Shown piece after piece: positions 58,101 through 64,000 of a stretch of 64,000 nt of DNA. Numbering within the stretch: the first letter of the stretch is position 1; the number at the start of each line of letters is the position of its first letter. The DNA comes from Piromyces finnis finn (lineage: Eukaryota > Fungi > Neocallimastigomycota). Under the pieces are notes generated by a model. The model made no database searches, had not been told where the DNA came from, and saw only the letters and a program-made list of their open reading frames with translations. The translations under genes and the position numbers were made by a program. The stretch covers positions 806,001 to 870,000 of the forward strand of contig MCFH01000013.1 of the NCBI GenBank assembly GCA_002104945.1. Reading direction: 5' to 3'.

Positions 58101-60525
58101 TATTATGAGAAAATTCTTTAAGGAAAATCAAGTTGGTGAACTTGCAATTGAAAATAAAAAGGAAACTATTATTAAAATGTTAGCTGAATGGGGTTATGGC
58201 GGTCCTGAACCATTTTATGTAATTGTTTATGATCGTATTTATGATTTAACTGGTTATATGGGTGATGATATTGGAACAAGTGGTCTTACAAAAGACCAAA
58301 GATTCTTAATTAAAGAACAAAATGAAATTTTTGATGAAAAAAATGGTCAAGATATGTCTCATATTTTCGATAATTATAGACAACTTGTTGGTGAAAAAAA
58401 ATGGAGTGATACTATAAAATGTATGGATAATCTTTTCTTTATTGGTAATGTTGATCACAGAAACGACTTTAAGTGTCAAATTACTAATTATATGATGTTA
58501 GCTGCTTCTATGGTTATTGCTGCTGTACTTTTAGTTAAATTCTTAGCTGCCCTTCAATTTGGTTCAAAACGTCAACCAGAAGAACACGATAAATTTGTTA
58601 TTTGTCAAGTACCATGTTATACTGAAGGTGAAGAATCACTTGCTAAGACAATTGATAGTTTGGCTTACTTAGAATATGATGATAAAAGAAAACTTATTTT
58701 CATTATTTCTGATGGTATGATTATTGGTAGTGGTAATGATAGACCAACTCCAAGAATTGTATTAGATCATATGGGAATTGATCCAGAAATTGATCCAGAA
58801 GCTCTTTGGTATGATTCTGTTGGTACTGGTACCAACCAAGTTAACATGGCAAAGGTATATTCTGGTTTATATGAATATGAAGGTCATCCAGTTCCATTTA
58901 TTGTTGTTGTTAAAGTTGGTACATATCGTGAAACATCTCGTCCAGGTAATCGTGGTAAGCGTGATTCTCAAATGATTTTAATGCGTTATCTTCATAATGT
59001 TCATCACAATTATCCAATGACACCACTTGAACTTGAACTTTACCATCAAATGAAGAATGTTATTGGAGTTGATCCATCATTCTATGAATATATTCTTATG
59101 GTTGATGCTGATACTGTTGTTATGCAAGATTCATTGAATATGTTAATTTCATCTATGGTTCGTGATTCAAAGATTATGGGTATTTGTGGTGAAACTAGAT
59201 TAGCTAATGAAAAGGAAAGTTGGGTTACTATGATTCAAGTTTATGAATACTTCATTTCTCACCATTTAAGTAAAGCATTTGAAAGTTTGTTTGGTAGTGT
59301 TACTTGTTTACCAGGTTGTTTCTGTATGTATCGTATTCGTACACCAGTTAAAGGTACACCAGTTTTAATTACAAAGGGTGTAATTGAAGATTATTCTGAA
59401 TGTATTGTTGATACCTTACACAAAAAGAATCTTTTAAGTTTGGGTGAAGATCGTTACTTGACTACTTTAATGTTAAAACATTTCCCTAACTTAAAAATTA
59501 AGTTCACAAAGGATGCTAGATGTTTAACTAATGCCCCAGAAACATGGAGAGTATTACTCTCTCAACGTCGTCGTTGGATTAATTCTACTGTTCATAATTT
59601 ATTGGAACTTTTATTCTTGAATGATCTTTGTGGTTTCTTATGTTTCTCCATGCGTACTGTAGTTTTCCTTGATTTATTATCTACTATGGTTCAACCAGCT
59701 ATGATTCTCTATTTATTCTATCTTATATATTCTATTATTTTCCCATCTGAAGATTCTATTTTCCCATGGGTATCACTTCTTATGTTAGCTTTCACATATG
59801 GTTTACAAATTATTATTTTCATTCTTAGAGGTGCCTTCCAACACATTGGTTGGATTGTTATTTATATTCTTGCAATGCCAATCTTTGGTATGTTCATTCC
59901 ATTATATTCATACTGGCACTTTGATGATTTCTCATGGGGTAATACTCGTCGTATTTTAGGAGAAAAGGGTAAGGTTAAACTTGTTGGTGATGAAGAAGCT
60001 GAAGAATTAATTGAAGATATTCCAAAAAAGAGATGGGCTGAATATGAACAAGAATTACTTGAATTAGCTGAAGAAGAAGCTAGTGAAGTTGTTAGTAGTT
60101 CAAACTCATTACAAGGTGGATATGAAGGATACCAATACCCACAATTCAGTCAAGTTGGTGCTGTTGATACTGCTTCTGCCTATGGTGCTGGTACTTATGT
60201 TCCAAGTGAATATAATTATTCTGTTAATACTCATAACTACTACGCTGGTAGTGTTGCTCCATCAGCTTATGGAAATATTAATATGCCATCAAGAGTTTAT
60301 GATAGCAGTGAATACAATAACCGTAATAGTTATAATAGTAATGGTGGTAATGTTACTGATGAAGATATTGTAGTAGAAGTTGAACGCTTTATTCGTACAG
60401 CCGATTTAATGACTGTTACTAAAAAGAAGGTACGTCAAGAAGTTTCTAGACGTCTTGGCATTGATCTTTCAAACAGAAAAGAATTTGTTGATCAATGTAT
60501 TGAAAATGCTTTAAACAATCAATAA
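55189..60525 (+). CDS. Chitin synthase with N-terminal myosin motor-like domain (class V/VII type), intronless, 1778 aa
   Basis: Myosin motifs GECSSGKT, SSRFGKY and DLFGFQ, cytochrome-b5-like regions (VYDRIYDLTGY), GT2 motifs QVPCYTEG, ILMVDADT, LGEDRYLT and QRRRW, WHFDDFSWGNTR, and a C-terminal DEK_C-like segment. Confidence 0.96.
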   Translation: MKGYMKQSNHLEEDVLEIENLSEQNILEFLKARHAQKKYFTNLGSNALIYLNPYSEDECISDNYSKVYVEDSRNSSNDRPKLSSSIYQLVNSTYLHMIREKEDQSIIINGECSSGKTEIYKAIAKHLCYLTRETKKKTVTQSAILKINKILDSFGTATTLNNPSSSRFGKYIEYQFDRTGKIIGAKLVHYCLEKDRVSKVPEDERNFNVFYHFLASASSNEKNTFNLTDPSGFEYLSQNRYYKRCTNDDNLDGRELRSALKAFGIGVRQQAQIFQLLAAILHLGNIEFVDGPKNAHQDTCDIKNFELVEFIAELLGVTPDALDSILTYQTKCIRSDVFTEYLDADAASKQRDNLANTLYSLIFNWIIEKINSKLCCDDESDNFIGVVDLFGFQNLKNNQFDQFLSNYSTEKMQFFTNKCFFDIPVFKYQEEGISIETPPYTNNTSTVKLLDGIISAMEVEGNQKDCSNVSLRERLNKEFLSNYEYTRLNTGFGIRHYNTQVSYDLNRFVEKNNDCIQPDIITLVRGGAKAKASTNIFLRSLFSEKAVSVTRHPTQYNTIVRANSTLPRRAPSVKHATGELIKNRDNKDNNCCTVAKQFSNSLTTLSESLFNTQPWFVFCITPNYDFVSDNFDTKLVSKQLRNFNIPNIAQLRSKNNEVKSYPIVEFINLYNDLMRETNIKTDDPKHACKELAHVFGFESKDINIGRNQVFLSEYAWRFLEDARIEGGNIVDEDEYEEEDVTYEDENESEMDSEYETATREMEEEEEQEREAIEAKKPQMKMKKPITASKEISNGRKWWLCLTYSSTWCYFPFCLSTCGKMKRKDVQIAWREKVTINIIIVFLCALILFYIIGLGRLICPSVKQWGYGQLYGMEYKGRDMRVSAFGKVFKLGDLYDLYSKYYPKLYEKKRGQDISHIFNTIQDPDMWKAMCPGFNLPTAGFFDNLSYGRRNREDEEVWVANPEGADTKKWNSIMRKFFKENQVGELAIENKKETIIKMLAEWGYGGPEPFYVIVYDRIYDLTGYMGDDIGTSGLTKDQRFLIKEQNEIFDEKNGQDMSHIFDNYRQLVGEKKWSDTIKCMDNLFFIGNVDHRNDFKCQITNYMMLAASMVIAAVLLVKFLAALQFGSKRQPEEHDKFVICQVPCYTEGEESLAKTIDSLAYLEYDDKRKLIFIISDGMIIGSGNDRPTPRIVLDHMGIDPEIDPEALWYDSVGTGTNQVNMAKVYSGLYEYEGHPVPFIVVVKVGTYRETSRPGNRGKRDSQMILMRYLHNVHHNYPMTPLELELYHQMKNVIGVDPSFYEYILMVDADTVVMQDSLNMLISSMVRDSKIMGICGETRLANEKESWVTMIQVYEYFISHHLSKAFESLFGSVTCLPGCFCMYRIRTPVKGTPVLITKGVIEDYSECIVDTLHKKNLLSLGEDRYLTTLMLKHFPNLKIKFTKDARCLTNAPETWRVLLSQRRRWINSTVHNLLELLFLNDLCGFLCFSMRTVVFLDLLSTMVQPAMILYLFYLIYSIIFPSEDSIFPWVSLLMLAFTYGLQIIIFILRGAFQHIGWIVIYILAMPIFGMFIPLYSYWHFDDFSWGNTRRILGEKGKVKLVGDEEAEELIEDIPKKRWAEYEQELLELAEEEASEVVSSSNSLQGGYEGYQYPQFSQVGAVDTASAYGAGTYVPSEYNYSVNTHNYYAGSVAPSAYGNINMPSRVYDSSEYNNRNSYNSNGGNVTDEDIVVEVERFIRTADLMTVTKKKVRQEVSRRLGIDLSNRKEFVDQCIENALNNQ

Positions 60526-61115
60526 TTCCATTAAAATTAATAATTTAAAAAAGAAATAGAAAAATCATAATTTCATAGTATAATTAATAATATAAATTTA
60601 ATCTTATATCTATCCTTTTAAAATATTTTTATTTTCTTTTCTTAATAGTATATTTGAAAACAAAAAATTAGAAAAAAAAAAGTTATTTCAGTATTTATCT
60701 CATGAATTATCAAAAATATATATAATCTTTTATTAATCTATTATTTATTTTTTATAATTAATTTTTAATTCATATATATATATTTTTTAAAAGAATATTA
60801 ATAAAAATATATAATAATATAAAATATAAAAATATTAGTAAACAAAAAAGAGCAAAAAAAAAAAAAAATTAATATCTTCAATAAATATTATTAATGAAAT
60901 TATATAATATATAATATAATATATTTAGAAGAATATTAATAAATTTATATAAATTATTGAAAAAAAAAAAAAAAAATTATATATTTGAAGGATGGTATTA
61001 TAAGTAGATAAATTGGATATAAAAGTGTTTTTTTTTTTTAATATTATTTATATAATGTTTATGAATTTAAAATTATAAATCAAAGTTTTAAGTGTTTGAG
61101 AAACAAAGTGAAAGA

Positions 61116-61200
61116 TCTGAGTCTAAGCATATTTGTTGGGACCCGAAAGATGGTGAACTATGCCTGAATAGGGTGAAGTCAGATGAAACTCTGATGGAGG
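61116..61200 (+). rRNA. Isolated fragment of large-subunit (25S/28S) rRNA gene, not a functional rDNA unit
   Basis: TGTTGGGACCCGAAAGATGGTGAACTATGCCTGAATAGGGTGAAGTCAGATGAAACTCTGATGGAGG matches the conserved eukaryotic LSU segment ACCCGAAAGATGGTGAACTATGCC...GAAGCCAGAGGAAACTCTGGTGGAGG. It is flanked by ordinary AT-rich intergenic DNA. Confidence 0.9.
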
Positions 61201-61989
61201 ATGACAAATTAGTATTTTTATAGAGTAATTTTTATTTTTCAAAATTAATGAAAGTTAGGACAATTCACATTAATATGATTAATATATATATATATATTTT
61301 ATTAATATAAATTATTTAGCCTCGGCAAAGAAATACTATTTTATCTATATTAACGCTTTAATATAATAATATCCTTATTTTTTAAATTATTTATTCTTAA
61401 GTATTTAAATATAATAAAAAAAGTTTATGAAAGTTAAAGTTTAATCATAATTTTTTTTTTTTTTTTTTTTAAAAAATCTTAAAAAATATAATTGTTAATA
61501 ATGAAAAAATATATATAAATGCCTAATAGCCTAATATTATAATTTTAATTTTATGTATTAATATATAAGTATGTATACCACCATTCATATAAATAATTTA
61601 TTTTTAGTTTATTTTATTTATAAATTTAAATCCTATTTATTTATAATATTATTTCTTTTTTTTTTTTTTTTTTAATATTAAAATCTATATATTGGGAAAA
61701 GTAGGAAAATAATATGTTAATTTTCTTAAGTAATAGAATGTATAAGAATTTTTTCTATTACAGTAAAAGAATACTAGATTATTAATATAAATAATAATAA
61801 TTATAAAATAATTATGAATTAAGAATAATATATATATTTTCCCAACATCATTTTAATATTTTATTTGTTAATAAAAAATATAATCTAAAAAAAAGAAAAA
61901 GAAAGTAGTATATTATTATTGCTGAATAGTTTTTTATTTTAAAACATTAATATACACAAACAATTTTTTAAGATACTAATTAAAATACA

Positions 61990-64000
61990 ATGAGTGATAA
62001 ATCACATGGGGTCGATGTAGACCTCCATAAACTGGAAAACGTTAGTGAGGGAGAGATTATAAGAACACTTAAAAAATTATATAATAAAAAGAAACATTTT
62101 TGTAAAGCTGGTTCAAATGTATTACTTTATGTTAATCCATTTTGTGAAGATGAATCTTTTTCAGATAGAATAAGTAAGAAATATGTTAATGAATGTAGAA
62201 ATTATTCTAATGATAATACACCATTACCACCAAATATTTATGATATAGTAAATTCCGCTTATTCACATATGATCAGAGAAAAAGAAGATCAATCTATTAT
62301 AATTAGGTAAATGAAAAAAGAAATATTATTTAGTGTATTAATATTTCCTTTTTTTTTTTTTTTATATTATTTTTTACGATATTGTTTAAAAAAAAAAATA
62401 AAGCTAAACAATATTAATTATTAATTAATAATTAATTATAATTAATATACTAATATATTCAATGTTTTTAATATCTTTATTTTACTCTTTTATGAAAATA
62501 ATATTAAAATATTTATTAAAATGAATATAAAAATATGCGAATTATGATCATGTAGCGGTGATGGAGCAAGTGGAAAGACAGAAATATTTAAAGCTATTGC
62601 TAATCATTTATGTCACCTTACAAGAGAAACAAAAAAGAAAACTATTACACAATCAGCTATTTTAAGAATTAATAAAGTTTTAGGAAGTTTTGGAACAGCA
62701 CAAACACTTATTAATCCAAACTCTTCACGTTTTGGAAAATATATTGAATGTCAATTTGATAGAACTGGAAAGATGATTGGTGCTAAATTAATGCATTATT
62801 GTTTAGAAAAATCTCGTGTATCCAAGGTTCCTGATGATGAACGTAACTTTAATATATTTTATCATTTATTAGCGTCTGCTACATCAACTGAAAAGAGAAA
62901 TTTAAATCTTTCTAGTCCAAGTAATTATTATTATCTTTCACAAAATTCATTATATAAAAGAACAACAAATGATGATACTTTAGATGGTCATGAATTACGT
63001 ACTGCTTTAAAATCATTTGGAATAGGTAGTCGTCAACAAGCTCAAATATTCCAATTACTAGCAGCTATTTTACATTTAGGTAATATTTCATTTATTGATA
63101 AGCCAAAAAATGTTCAGGAGCCATGTGCAATTAAGAATTATGATCAAGTTGAATTTATTGCTGATTTATTAGGTGTTACTGCTGAAGCATTAGAAACCAC
63201 ATTAACATACCAAGCTAAATGTATAAATTCTGATGTATTCACAGTATTATTGAATTCAAATGATGCTAATAGACAAAGAGATCGTTTAGCTAATACATTA
63301 TATTCATTACTTTTCAATTGGGTTATTGAACGTATTAATAACAAATTATGTGTTGAAGATGATACTGATAATTTCATTGGTGTTGTAGATCTTTTCGGTT
63401 TCCAAAATGAAAAAACAAATCAATTCGAACAATTTATTCAAAACTATACTTGTGAATATTTACAGTATCATGCTAATTGTGCTATTTTTGAAAAACCAAT
63501 TCATGAATTCCAAGAAGATGGTCTCTCCATGGAATCTTCAATCTTTAATAATAATAGAAGTAATATGGATATATTATCTCAAATGGTTGGGTAAATATTA
63601 AGTTATTAATTAAAATATTATATATTTTTTTTATAAAAATCATTTATAAGAAATTTCAATTAAAAAAATAAAATATAAATAATAATAGTATTATTGTATT
63701 TTTTTTTTCTTTATAAATATTAATTTATTTTTAAAACAAATTATTAAACATTTAACTATTAATCAATTATATAATAAATATGATAGTGTAATGGATTCAG
63801 TTAGTGGTGAGAGTGATGTTACTGATTTATCTTTACTTTCGAGATTAAATAATGAATTTTCTTCTAACTATTCATACACAAAATTAAATAATGGTTTTGG
63901 TATTAGTCATTTTTCAAAACAAATTACTTATGATGTGAAAGATTTTGTTGAAAAGAATTCCGATAATGTTTCTTCAGAATTTATTATTCTTGTTCGTGGT
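61990..64000 (+). CDS. Second myosin-motor chitin synthase paralogue, 5' part only (truncated by window end), with introns 62307-62555 and 63591-63786
   Basis: Closely parallels the preceding gene: MIREKEDQSIIIS-GDGASGKTE, NPNSSRFGKYIE, GKMIGAKLMHYCLEKSRVSKVPDDERNF, DLFGFQN, GFGISHF. The synthase domain lies outside the window, so the product call rests on motor-domain paralogy. Confidence 0.85.

Noticed and set aside
57785-60373. Short alternative-frame ORFs within the chitin synthase (also within LIG4, the PH gene and DsbA)
   Set aside because: Expected shadows of long coding regions with biased codon usage.
61116-61200. Functional rDNA unit or R2-type element insertion site
   Set aside because: Only about 85 bp of LSU sequence, no other rRNA segments and no reverse-transcriptase ORF nearby.

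Overview
Extremely AT-rich, intron-rich eukaryotic genomic DNA. Base composition, A/T homopolymers, short GT-AG introns, centriole genes and myosin-motor chitin synthases point to an anaerobic gut fungus (Neocallimastigomycota). That assignment is an inference, not a database match. I reconstructed 16 apparently intact protein genes by hand-splicing: LIG4, rotatin, ISA1/IscA, very-long-chain 3-ketoacyl-CoA reductase, an intronless PH-domain protein, CWC25, RAMP4/SERP1, MED7, PSD1, Rheb, an orphan Asn-rich coiled-coil protein, presenilin, a HAUS7-like protein, an intronless bacterial-type DsbA/FrnE oxidoreductase, and two tandem myosin-motor chitin synthases (the second cut by the window end). 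Also present: a decayed secreted Ser/Thr-rich, lectin-like pseudogene, an isolated ~85-bp 28S rRNA fragment, large (TTTA)n and (ATT)n arrays and several local tandem duplications. No CRISPR array, tRNA or intact transposon was found, and I see no clear-cut novel multi-gene system. The most interesting signals are: (i) separate microsatellite arrays sharing identical interruption motifs, suggesting they are copied between loci; (ii) 3' splice sites preceded directly by 29-45-nt poly(A) instead of a polypyrimidine tract; (iii) a likely horizontally acquired FrnE-type DsbA; (iv) an intact presenilin in a fungus; (v) a Rheb lacking its diagnostic P-loop Arg; (vi) an intronless/intron-bearing chitin synthase tandem pair with an rDNA fragment between them; (vii) a possible pore-forming-toxin/lectin pseudogene.
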